DNA of 64,000 bases from Tubulanus polymorphus (Eukaryota; Animalia; Nemertea): NCBI RefSeq assembly GCF_964204645.1, contig NC_134027.1, forward strand, positions 26,560,560 to 26,624,559, written 5' to 3'. The position numbers were made by a program, and so were the translations under genes. The first letter of the stretch is position 1. Each line of letters starts with the position of its first letter. Positions 13,911 to 25,874 of this stretch are shown in pieces. The notes beneath the pieces were generated by a model. It was not told the DNA's origin. It was given only the letters and a program-made list of their open reading frames with translations, and did no database searches.

Positions 13911-15945
13911 GATGATTTCCAGCATGTCCCAGTGAACCAGTTCCTCTCGGCTGTTTTCCCTGATTGATGATTTCCAGCATGTTCCAGTGAACCAGTTCCA
14001 CTCGGCTGTTTTCCCTGATTGATGATTTCCAGCATGTCCCAGTGAACCAGTTCCTCTCGGCTGTTTTCCCTGATTGATGATTTCCAGCATGTCCCAGTGA
14101 ACCAGTTCCACTCGGCTGTGTTCCCTGATCGATGATTTCCAGCATGTCCCAGTGAACCAGTTCCACTCGGCTGTGTTCCCTGATCGATGATTTCCAGCAT
14201 GTCCCAGTGAACCAGTTCCTCTCAACTGTTTTCCCTGATTGATGATTTCCAGCATGTCCCAGTGAACCAGTTCCTCTCAACTGTTTTCCCTGATTGATGA
14301 TTTCCAGCATGTCCCAGTGAACCAGTTCCTCTCAACTGTTTTCCCTGATTGATGATTTCCAGCATGTCCCAGTGGACCAGTTCCTCTCGGCTGTTTTCCC
14401 TGATTGATGATTTCCAGCATGTCCCAGTGAACCAGTTCCTCTCGGCTGTTTTCCCTGATTGATGATTTCCAGCATGTCCCAGTGAACCAGTTCCTCTCAA
14501 CTGTTTTCCCTGATTGATGATTTCCAGCATGTCCCAGTGAACCAGTTCCTCTCGGCTGTGTTCCCTGATTGATGATTTCCAGCATGTCCCAGTGAACCAG
14601 TTCCTCTCGGCTGTTTTCCCTGATTGATGATTTCCAGCATGTCCCAGTGAACCAGTTACACTCGGCTGTTTTCCCTGATTGATGATTTCCAGCATGTCCC
14701 AGTGAACCAGTTCCTCTCGGCTGTTTTCCCTGATTGATGATTTCCAGCATGTCCCAGTGAACCAGTTACACTCGGCTGTTTTCCCTGATTGATGATTTCC
14801 AGCATGTCCCAGTGAACCAGTTACTCTCGGCTGTTTTCCCTGATTGATGATTTCCAGCATGTCCCAGTGAACCAGTTCCTCTCAACTGATTTCCCTGATT
14901 GATGATTTCCAGCATGTCCCAGTGAACCAGTTCCTCTCGGCTGTTTTCCCTGATTGATGATTTCTAGCATGTCCCAGTGAACCAGTTCCTCTCAACTGTT
15001 TTCCCTGATTGATGATTTCCAGCATGTCCCAGTGAACCAGTTACTCTCGGCTGTTTTCCCTGATTGATGATTTCCAGCATGTCCCAGTGAACCAGTTACT
15101 CTCGGCTGTTTTCCCTGATTGATGATTTCCAGCATGTCCCAGTGAACCAGTTACTCTCGGCTGTTTTCCCTGATTGATGATTTCCAGCATGTCCCAGTGA
15201 ACCAGTTCCACTCGGCTGTTTTCCCTGATTGATGATTTCCAGCATGTCCCAGTGAACCAGTTACTCTCGGCTGTTTTCCCTGATTGATGATTTCCAGCAT
15301 GTCCCAGTGAACCAGTTCCTCTCGGCTGTTTTCCCTGATTGATGATTTCCAGCATGTCCCAGTGAACCAGTTACTCTCGGCTGTTTTCCCTGATTGATGA
15401 TTTCCAGCATGTCCCAGTGAACCAGTTACTCTCGGCTGTTTTCCCTGATTGATGATTTCCAGCATGTCCCAGTGAACCAGTTACTCTCGGCTGTTTTCCC
15501 TGATTGATGATTTCCAGCATGTCCCAGTGAACCAGTTCCACTCGGCTGTTTTCCCTGATTGATGATTTCCAGCATGTCCCAGTGAACCAGTTACTCTCGG
15601 CTGTTTTCCCTGATTGATGATTTCCAGCATGTCCCAGTGAACCAGTTCCTCTCGGCTGTTTTCCCTGATTGATGATTTCCAGCATGTCCCAGTGAACCAG
15701 TTACTCTCGGCTGTTTTCCCTGATTGATGATTTCCAGCATGTCCCAGTGAACCAGTTCCTCTCGGCTGTTTTCCCTGATTGATGATTTCCAGCATGTCCC
15801 AGTGAACCAGTTCCTCTCGGCTGTTTTCCCTGATTGATGATTTCCAGCATGTCCCAGTGAACCAGTTACTCTCGGCTGTTTTCCCTGATTGATGATTTCC
15901 AGCATGTCCCAGTGGACCAGTTCCTCTCGGCTGTTTTCCCTGATT
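13911..15945. repeat. Satellite/minisatellite, 55-bp unit, 37 copies
   Basis: Unit gatgatttccagcatgtcccagtgaaccagttcctctcggctgttttccctgatt repeats without indels (37 x 55 = 2035 bp). It accounts for all the repetitive minus-strand ORFs at 13786-15954. Confidence 0.97.
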
Positions 15946-16499
15946 GATATTCATACACAGACGCCTCTCTTATTCTCGCATCGAAATTTCATCTTCCATA
16001 CGGTTTTCGTTTAAATGATAGTAGATTCGCTTCCAATTTTCCTGATGTGATCACATATGGTATTTTTTAGGGGGTGTAGGACCCAGAAGCCTTGTTGGAG
16101 CATCTGAGCCATGCTTCTCGAGTATGGTTCCTTATGATAATGTTTAGACATTATCGAACTTGATGGACAATTAGATGGCTGAATGAAACATTTAGACGTT
16201 CGCTCGCCATCTATCAGAATCTGCGTTCATTTCTGGCAACTCTATCGCTTGCAGCATTTTGATATCTATCTCTTTAACCAAAATCGGATAGAATAGATTG
16301 CAATTATTTTCATTAAAAAGTGATTTGAAGTATCTATTTAGAGAATAATTCTTCAAATAAAGCATTAAGCGTTCGGATGGAATTGGCGATTGAAATGATA
16401 TTAGCCCGCCACAGCAAAAATAGCGATCTTGACTGTCTAGTGCTGCCCCTATGCATTACGATAGCGGGGAAAACGTGAACTAACATAATACTCACTTGC

Positions 16500-16760
16500 C
16501 AGTCTTTGAACGGCCGTACTAATGAATCAGAAGATAGCAGGTTCGAGTCATGTCGCGGACGGAATCAATTAATTTTATCTAACCCCTGTTTCGCTCCCGG
16601 CATGTGTGGTTAGTTTGTAAGGGTCACCAAATCAAAAATCATACGAAATCTATCACTCAAATAAAATTCGTATGGAGGTTTTTATTCTTTGGGACAGGAC
16701 GACGTCATTGTTGTTTGAATGTAGTAGGTCCCAGGTTCGATCCTTGGCAGGGCTAGGATT
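16500..16760 (+). mobile_element. tRNA-derived SINE-like fragments
   Basis: B-box-like caggttcgagtc (~16539) and caggttcgatcc (~16732) without a full cloverleaf. The tail tgtttcgctcccggca.gtgtgg...tttgtaaggg.caccaa recurs at ~31506-31550. Confidence 0.45.
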
Positions 16761-18941
16761 GATCGTTTCTCTCAAAGATCCTGAAATATTCATCGACCAA
16801 GAGTCGAGACCAGAATGTACGCGATAATAAATCATTTTATTCATCACTGAGATAATGACAAAATGCTAATTCAACATAACTTCATTTTAACCCTCCTCAT
16901 ACAAATAAGATTAAAACCTTAAAATAATAATAATAATAATATCTATCATCAGGTTGAAATATGCGGCAGGTTACATTCTGAAATTGTATCCCTCCGTAAG
17001 ACTGATCCGAAAACAGCCCTCAGTACTTCAACCACAGCCACTATGACAATATATGGCACAATTCAGTGACATTAATAAAGTCTAATAACTTGCCACCCGA
17101 TAATTATATATTAACCGTTATCAGTTCAACAGATATTTACACTCGCACTTGTCTTCAGGTTTAAATCACCGTCAAATCAAACTAAAAATCCTTTCCTTCT
17201 TCAGTTCTTACAGTTAACATAAATGTAGTTAATAATAACCCTTTAATACGTTAATAATCAATCTCTAACATCACAAGAATTATATCAATGGAATAAGCAT
17301 TATCATAGTCATTAACAAGAATATATCTCAAGTCTACTGAAAGGGTTCCATCAACCGTTCAGTAGTTTTAATACAGCTCGATATATATAGATATAGATTC
17401 TACACAGTCTCACTAATCAGTCTAAAAGGGAGAAGTTCGTTTAAGTTCGGTCAGGCTAAGTTGGGAATAAGAAATTTCATTTTCGTCGATCGAAAATAAA
17501 ATGAAGCTTTATATGAAATGATAAATAGCAGATAAACCACCTTAAAATAAAATTCATTCGCTAAAATAATATCGATTAACATTCAGTTATAAATGTTTTA
17601 CGTTATGCATAGATAGGAATTCTGTATTCCATAGTTTTTCATGGCAACGATTCATTTGATTTAAAACTCACTGATTCTGATTCTTGGGCATTGAGCATTT
17701 CAGCGACTTAAAGACTGAAACTTGACCAACAGAAAACTGTGAAAAATGAGTTGCTGACATTTGAATGAATGAGTGACCAGTCAACAAACTAACCGGTCAG
17801 TCAACATTACTGGTAATGCCATTGTTATGTTTTCAAAATGACTAGCCGGTGTGTGTCACAAATATCTAGGTGTCACAAATGATAAATGAAAAACTATCCC
17901 GGTATAACCTGAAATTATAAAGCATGAATCGTTGCCACGAGAATGTCTTAATCATTTGTGAGAAATAACTGACTTACGATAACACACCACAAATGGAGAC
18001 CTGTAATGTGATATTAAGTACTATTACCTATAAAACAATGTTACAAATATATGTATATACACATACAAATCAACTAGACCCTACTGAAGTCTAAAGCACC
18101 AATTTATACAAGGAAACGTTCTACCAACCAAACAGAAATTCTCTCAAAAAATTCATAAACCTTAAAATCAGGTCGTTCTAAATTCGCAAATGGCAAATAA
18201 AAGATAAAATTTCAGACCTTCTTAAAACTAAACATTCGGCAAGAAATAAATTTTCATGATTAGATAAAACTCTTGTACAACATTCAATCATGATCAGGGT
18301 TTTTCTTAATTCATTCAAATTTCCCCCTAATTCCATATTATTTGAAATACCAGTCAAAAATAAAAGAAAATTCAAATTCAATTGATTAGAATACTTAAAA
18401 ACACTCCGTTGATGAAGATCAAAATTCAATCCACGAATTGAAACTAAATATAGATGGCAGTGAATGAGATTCTTCATCATAAAAATGAAAATACATAGTC
18501 ACAAATACATATACAAACAGTGCGTCGTTTGTGTAAAGCTTACTCGTGAAAACCAGACACCAATCGGTACTTAACAAAACAGTATGACCAGCACTGCAGT
18601 ATCTCCGCAGTGAATGAAGAACCTGCTTCTTACTTTCACAGTTCAAATTCACAGTTTTATTACTATACCCCGTCATTACAGAATTTGAGCACTTTTCAAG
18701 GAAAAAATATTCAAATCAATTCAATTCTTTGCGTTATTGTCCTGATTCGATGCGTTATTTGATTAATCCAAAGTCTTTGGTTGCCTTACAAAATAGGCAA
18801 AGAAATACACTTTTGAAAAACATTTGCCCAAAATATTTAGGAGTTTCCCCGGAGTAATTTCTCAAATCAAGAGGATATTCAAGGAGTTATAGCATGAACT
18901 GTGAGACTGACTGCGTCGTGTTCAGTGCAGTGATAGAAACA

Positions 18942-21900
18942 TTAATAATCACGTCTCTGATGGGGCGGAGGCGGGTATCGAGCGTACCCCTCGTACGGAT
19001 TATACCCCTGCGGCGGATAGTTCGGTCTCATATTATTACGAGTGTTATGACGCGGCGGTCTCATGTTGCGTCTCTCGCGATCGAACTCGAGATCTTCTAA
19101 ACGTTGAGTTAGCGCTAGTTTCTGTTGTATGGCCATTCGAAGCAACGAGTTCAACGTCTTTTTCTCGTCCTCGGCGGCCGTTAATTGACGCTGCGTTTCC
19201 TCGAGTTGCGTGACGTACTCGTCGCAGCGTTGCGCGAACATCGCGCGTAACGACGCGAACGTCGCCGCGTCTTCCTTCAACGCTTTCAGTTCGTTACGCA
19301 ATTTAGTCATAACCTCGGTGACCATCGATTTCTCGTTTTCGTACTTTTGTTTGAGATTCGCGAGCGCCACTTCGGCGGTCGATTTATTCGCTTTAAGAAC
19401 GCTACGTAACGTCGCGATCTGTTCGCGTTTCGCCGATAACATCGCCTTCAGTTTAACGACCTGTTCCTGTAACTCTTCCACATCGGTATTCGCGTTCGCG
19501 TCCGACTGACGTTGATGCGACAATTCCATCAGATGCGTCACCGAACGTTTTAAATATTTCACCTGATCTCGTACGGTTTCGATAAGTTTATAACACGTAA
19601 CCGGATCGGCTTCGGTCGACGCCGTCGGTTGTTTTTCGGGAGACGGCGACTTCTCGAAGCCGTCGGATTCCGATGATTTTTCGCTGTTCCGATCGGACAC
19701 GTCCGTCGAGCTGATATGATGAAGCTGTTTACAAGCTTTAAAATGATCTAAAATCACGCGGTTCGGAGTTTCACCATTCACTTCGCAAACTAAATGATAC
19801 AACTGCGCGAGTTCCTCGGCCACGCGTACCAGTTCATCTTGCGACGTACTCAAACTACCTTGAGCTTCTCCGGCGGCTTGCGACATCGTTCTAATATCCG
19901 TTTCGAGTTCGGTGACCTTCTCCTCGTATTGCATGACTTGATTGCGTAATCGCACGATCTCGTCCTGCCAGTTGTCTCCGGTCGTGAACTCATTAACCAC
20001 TAACGATTTCTGCTTCAAACGCGTCACCTCCGTCTGTAAATTAGCGATCTGTTTCAACGCGGCCGCGTATTTCGCCTGCTGTTGTTTCATAACCTCGGTG
20101 GCGCCATCGTTGTTTTCGTCATTCAACTCGACGTCTCGCATGCGATCGACGAGACTCTGTTGGTCGCGTAGCGCCATCTCGCTGATCTGCGTCGTCAGAT
20201 CTTCGACGCGTGAAATCTGTTCGTTCAATTCGATCTTCGTTTTCTCGAGTTCTAGTTGCGTTTCGCGTAGATTCTTTTCTAATTCCGTTTTCTGAAAGTC
20301 TTTATCTTCGACGAGTTCCTCGAGTTTTTTAATCTCGGTTCGATGTAATTCGCTGAACAGATCGTTATTTTGTTGTTGTTTCGGCGCGATGGGCTGCGAA
20401 GGCGTCTGCTCCGGTTTCGTCGGTCTCGACGGCGTCGACGTTATGAAATCGGCCTCGATTCGTTTCAGCGCCGGTGATTCCTGATGTTCCGATTCTTCGT
20501 GATCGTTCGAATGCGAAACTTCTTGACGTCCGAGTTTTAGACCTTCGCCTAAACCGCCGAGGTGCGCTAGGTTACTGAGATTGAAGAACGATTCGTTGGT
20601 CAGTCTCTGATCGAGCTCTTTCTTCAACGCGTGTTTCTGTTCGCGTTCTTGCTGCAGAGACATCAACGCCTCCTCGAGATTATTCTCAACGATTCGTTTT
20701 AGATTCATCAACTCGTCGAGCTGCGCGTTCAGATCTTCCGTTTCTTCTTTTAATCTTTTACTTTCGTGTTTCATCACTTCGTAGTCGACCTGAAATAACA
20801 GCGAGCGAAATTTCATAAATAGTTTCATGACGAAATAATATAACAGGATCCAGTTGCACGCGGTTCTAAAACTTATCAAAGTAAGATATCCTCAGTGAGG
20901 GCTGTTTCTCATAAAGAAGTTCCTTGTGCCACTCGTAACCAGCAAGAACAACAAGACACCCAAAATTCAAATTCCCTGATTGAATTATAAGATATTCTCA
21001 GTGAGGGCTGTTTCTTATCAAGAGGTTCCTTGTGCCACTCGTTACCAGCCAGAACAACATGACAGCATAAATTCAAATTCTATGACTTTCGTTCTGACCG
21101 TTGACCAAAAATCCGCAGATCAAATTATTGAATATCCTCAGTGGGGGCAGTTTTATATCAAGAGGTTCCTCGTGCCACTCATCACCAGCATGAATAACAA
21201 GAAACCATAAATTCAAACTTCAGATTTCCGCTGATCTGTAGAAACCTCGCGTTATAAGTTAAAGACCTAGTTGTGAGTAAAGAATTGATTTCGAGAGTTA
21301 ACGCATAGAAAATGAATTAATTGTTACAAGACTTTTCTTTTCTTTTCCTCCTCTTCGTTGCAAAAATCGAATTCAACTTGGAGGTAACAACTCTTAACTC
21401 ACAACCGTGTATCCGGGTACTGAACGAGTTTGAACTCACCTGAGATTGTTTCAACTGTAAAACCTGTTTTTGTAACATTACATTCTCTTCTTCGAGCTCC
21501 GAATAATCGGCTAAATTCCTTGTCTCCCTGAATTTCAAATCCTTCAATTCGGCTTTCAGAATCTTACGTTGCGATTCTAAATCATCGACTTTCAACGTGA
21601 GTTCCTGATTAGCGGCGATCGTGCGGTCATTCTCCGAGGTGATTCTCTGATGAGACGCTTTCGTTTGACGCAGCTCCGTTTCGAGATCTCCGATACGATG
21701 GGTAAGATTCGCTTCGCGACTCGCAGTTTCAGCCAATAGCGTTTCTTCATCGTTTATACCAGCAGCGCTTCTCCGCCTCAGATTCAAGTGGAATTGATCG
21801 AGAGCCTGAAATTATCGAGATATTTATGATTTTATGAATATAAGAGTTTGCTACACCTAGGCCTACAGCTTCTTCCGAAGAACAACAGACTAGTTGGCTC

Positions 21901-22856
21901 CACAACCATCCTCCCTCTGCAGGGACTCGAACCTGATGGCATCGCTACACTCAGCCACGGCACGAACCCCTGCATCAGTAGACCGGGTGCGCAGGTACAT
22001 GCGCAGCTTTCCGAACGAAAACTGGCGGCACCAATCAGATTGCTCGTTGTATAATCGTTGAGGCAAATTTCACATCATCTGAACTGCGCATGTATCTGCG
22101 CACACGGTCGATTATGGCAGGGTTTCGTGCCGTGGCAATCTCGATGCCATCAGGTTCGAATCCCTGCCGGGGGAGGATGCTCCACAACAGGACTTCTTTC
22201 TTTTTTACATCCATCCTTATCTGAAAATCAGTCACCCCTTATAGAATATCTTCTGCCCCTTCCAGAGAGGATGTCGATATACTATCAATGCTGACAACTT
22301 TTTTGAAATAAATTGAGCTAATGTGAAAAATCGAAGATTAGATCAAATTGTATTTTTGTGGATGGTTGAAAGCCTTGCTATTTCAGCAGCCAGGCTGTCA
22401 TACACTAAACAATGAATCAACCCCTTTAAAATTACAGATACACTTTCAACATTAATACAGGGCCTCTTTTTACTATTAACCACATTTTCTTTCTTTATTT
22501 CTTTAATTTTGCATCTTTTCCTTTGCTCTTTTCATTCACCACGGAATTCATACTCTAAATTCTCGCGAGGGTAGGGTGCTCAGCTGGGCCATGTCTCGTT
22601 CTGACTAATCGCGGGTTGGGCCAGGTCGGGTGGGGGGACAGTACAAGACCCGATCACCGATATTATTTACCTCTTTTGCTTGTTCTAATTCTAATCTAGT
22701 ATTCTCATAAACTCCCTCTAAATCATCGAGTTGTTGCTGTAATAATTGTTTTTCTTCTAACACAGCTAACCCGTACTCGGCTGCCTGCTCTTTTTGGTGA
22801 GTTGTTTGCAGGAGTTCCTCCTGAAGGCGCCGGTTTTCCGTCTGTAACGCTTCCAT
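18942..22856 (-). CDS. BicD: Protein Bicaudal D (dynein cargo adaptor), 3 exons, 799 aa
   Basis: Exons 22856-22671, 21805-21440, 20789-18942 (2400 nt, in frame). Motifs: QAAEYGLAVLEEK (CC1 box), DYSELEEENVMLQKQV, ELAQLYHLVCEVNGETPNRV, KREQIATLRSVLKANKSTAEVALANLK, TFASLRAMFAQRCDEYV, KKTLNSLLRMAIQQKLALTQRLE. Confidence 0.97.
20883..21248 (+). repeat. Three tandem ~110-140 bp copies of a MITE-family-B internal segment (BicD intron 2)
   Basis: atatcctcagtgagggctgtttc...gttccttgtgccactcg recurs at ~20886, 20992 and 21132, and once at ~59545. Confidence 0.7.
21907..22179. mobile_element. Mutator-like foldback MITE with ~120-bp TIRs and 9-bp TSD
   Basis: TSD ctccacaac at 21898-21906 and 22180-22188. 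Arms catcctccctctgcagggactcgaacctgatggcatc... and ...gatgccatcaggttcgaatccctgccgggggaggatg. A solo arm lies at 62211-62312. Confidence 0.85.
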
Positions 22857-22959
22857 TTTTTTCGACTGATAAAATTTTTTGTTTGGTTTCAAACTAGAAT
22901 AGTTGATTCACGATTTACTGGCTCCACAACACGACATGTCATCACAAACAACGGCTATT

Positions 22960-23140
22960 TACTCAGGAATTTGGACGCGTCTATTTTTGTGTCAGGACGG
23001 CGTCCATGTTGTCTGACTTCGAATAGGAAATAGGAGGGCTCCAATGTGGAGGGCGGGCTCCGTTTCGCGGAAAGAATGCGGCTCAGTTTTGAAATGGCAA
23101 GTAAGGAATTTGGTGGCAGCACCGTACGGTTACCAAACGT
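22960..23140. promoter_or_regulatory. BicD promoter region (possibly bidirectional)
   Basis: CpG-rich, with ccaat (23041), a GC box gggcggg (23051), the shared ttggtggcagcaccgtacggt motif (23110-23130) and a + strand donor-like caa|gtaagg at 23101. Confidence 0.45.
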
Positions 23141-23250
23141 AATATTTTGCGGGGCTGTTATGTGATCGTAAATATTTTTTCATAATTCTCCAAAAATGTA
23201 TATGGGTTGAAATGAACGGCTCAAATAGATATTCAAGTTTTTAACATTTT

Positions 23251-23453
23251 GGTGCGATTCAAGAATAGGGGACTATAGCAATATATATGTAGTGATAGTA
23301 ATCAATTAAGTAATAATATTAGTAATTGATAATGATGATATAGTATATAGTATGTATATAATAGTAATTAATGATGATTAGGGAACTAAACCTAACCCAA
23401 CCCTAATCCTAACCCTAATCCTAACCACTAGTCCCCTATTCTTGAATCTTACC
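23251..23453. mobile_element. MITE with GG-starting TIRs, 8-bp TSD and internal telomere-like repeats (Merlin-like)
   Basis: TSD aacatttt at 23243-23250 and 23454-23461. TIRs ggtgcgattcaagaataggggacta / tagtcccctattcttgaatcttacc. Internal (cctaac/cctaat)n. Confidence 0.75.
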
Positions 23454-23929
23454 AACATTTTTCCTTTGTACCCATTTATGAGGAGTCAGCAATTGGGATT
23501 TGAAAGTGATGCAGACACTTCCTCACAATTTGAAAGTTCTAGCCTTAGTATCCTCGAGTAGTTTAGTTCCTAGCCGTCGTCCTACGTAGGGAACAACGAC
23601 TGAAAAATTCACGAATTTTTCAGACGGATCTGCAGCAAATCTCGTGTAGTGAGCACTGGATTCGGTATCACTCGATTCAAATTTTTTTCATCACTCGATT
23701 CAAATTAATTATAAATGTTTTAGTGATTTTAATGTGTATTTTCTGCATTGTTTTTGAATAAAAAGATATTTTACGTTAAAATTAAATTGTGAATATAAAA
23801 TTATTTCATCTTATTCATTTGTAGTTGTTATTTTACGGATACGGAACCGGACTCGGCGGCAACGTAGACCCTGTCTATATGGAGACATTCTAAAATAGGG
23901 CAAATTTTCCCGAAATTTCCATCGAAAAT

Positions 23930-24310
23930 AGAGCTATGCAAGAGCTACAGCCCGGTGTTAATAATTTTCGCCCGATGCAAGGGCTCCTTTGACCCCAAAA
24001 CCCCAAAATAACAAAAATATTGTTAAAAAAATAAATAAATTCATACCGTGAATAAAATACAAAGCGGTCAATGTCTTTGAAACTTTCAGAGAGGATAGAC
24101 CTAGTCTAGAGCTACAGCCCGGTATATGGTTATTGCCCGGTGCAAGGGCTCCTTGAGGGTCTAATTGACCCCCAAAGACCCCAAAATATCAAAAATAATG
24201 TTTAGAAATTAATAAGTAAAATACAAAACGGCCAAAGTCTCTGAAACTTTCAGAGAAGATAGATCTAAACAGGAGCTACAGCCCAGTATATAGTTATTGC
24301 CCGGTGAAAA
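23930..24310. repeat. Degenerate tandem repeat, ~165-bp unit, ~2.3 copies
   Basis: gagctacagcccggt...ttgcccggtgcaagggctcc recurs at ~23942, 24109 and 24273. Probably a transposon subterminal region. Confidence 0.7.
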
Positions 24311-25874
24311 GTGTCTATGTTTAGATTTACAAGTCAAGTTAATCCATCAATGTCATATTAGTCCCAAGCTTCGCTAAATATTCAGTACAGATGCTATTAT
24401 CTGTCAATCAGCAAAAGTCCTTTGATGAAGCGCACTCAAGGACATGGCCTGTGGGTTATCTGTACTAGACACACGATGGCTTCAAATAGTCCTATGAAAC
24501 CAGTTGGTTTGTTTGTGTTTCATCACACCAGGGGGTGTTTTTCAAGTATAAATGATATCAAATGAATCTAATGAACTATCGGATACTATGAACTTTTTAT
24601 TCCCCCAATGGATTATTAGAATGTGGTTCTACAAAAAACATTTTAGATCAAATTTTGATTCCGGAATCATTAGTTTTGTTTTGAGTATTGTGCTGATTTT
24701 TGGGGGAAATTCGCCTGCTATATTTTTGCAAAAGTTAATGAAAACAATCATTTCTTGTGTCGCGGCGGTTTGCGCTTACGTGACCAGCGGCCGCAACTAG
24801 CATCCTCATGGACAGACTGACCCTGTACGCATGATTTGATACCGCCATACTCTGACCAAAATCAAAAATTGGGATAAGAGTAAATTGGAACATCAAGAAA
24901 CGAAATTCTAATATGGACTTTCCTAAATTTACATGATGATGTACCGTTTAATCTCCAGTTGAGTATCAAAATTAAAGAAAATGAGTGGTAAGCATGAAGT
25001 TTTTGGCAGAATTTCAGAGGATCGGTGCTCCAAGTAATTAAAAATGCCTCATATATCTCCCCTCAATTGAATCGAGGAGTTTTTTTAATGAAAATCTGTC
25101 TATTGACGGGATTCTGTGATAACAGTATGTATGATGAATAATCGTGAATACATGGTAATAGTGGGTTTTCCCCCAATGACTCAAATAGACCGCTTTCCTC
25201 GTCCATGTGAGGTAGTTATGCATGAACTGTCCGTGACTAATAAACTAATTTCATTAGTAAATGTTTACGCGGTTTCTATGATAGGAAGACCTGTGTTGGT
25301 GTGAATCTTTAACTGGAAGTGCTATCGGTCGGTATAATTTATAAATTATTCTAGAATTTAAGAAAAAAAAACAGGCGGTTGCTTATAAATTCGGAAGTAG
25401 CTAGCTGTTGGGGAATCAAGTAATCTATTTCATGGCCTTATTAAAGTTCCTCCACTATATTGTTCAGCTGACTACTGGCGCGTATTCAACCCGGCGGTGG
25501 AACCTCATAATGTAAATCCATTCAACAATAGAGACACAATTGCGGGTTTTCAGAGTTGTTGATATCATTCTGACACGCCCTATTGAATACGTCACCGGCT
25601 GACCACGGTGTACACAAGCATAGGCCTCATTCACCTCTGCACACTCACATCGTGAACATGCTACCGTGGATTCTCCTCCTGGCGATTTTAGCTGCGCTCC
25701 CGCTCCTGCTCCTGCTCCTGCTTCCTGAGGAACGACGTCTTTATGTTTTATGTGTTACTGTTTGTCTCTGTGCTGTCCTGTACTGTTCCGTGTTAATTAA
25801 TCCGTTCTATTTTTCAGCAATTAACCCGTTTTGTTTTTCAGGGCCGATTTCTCTGTCGAATTTCAACGTTTGCT

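Noticed and set aside
13911-15945. CRISPR-like appearance of the regular array
   Set aside because: No unique spacers, only point variants. Eukaryotic context and no cas genes.
13786-15954. Many repetitive minus-strand ORFs (MLEIINQGKQPRGTGSLGHAGNHQ...)
   Set aside because: They are translations of the 55-bp satellite. The unit is not a multiple of 3, and common variants introduce stops.
16520-16760. tRNA genes suggested by ggttcga motifs (also ~22153)
   Set aside because: No complete cloverleaf or A-box could be built. Treated as SINE/MITE-borne B-boxes.
19210-20295. Plus-strand ORFs 19210-19509 and 19942-20295
   Set aside because: Antisense shadows of the BicD coding exon.
23389-23426. 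Telomere-like (cctaac/cctaat)n
   Set aside because: Short and internal to a TSD-flanked MITE; not a chromosome end.
24758-24800. Helitron 3' end (GC hairpin followed by ctag)
   Set aside because: The hairpin is weak, ctag is not followed by T, and no 5' TC end or Rep/helicase remnant was identified.
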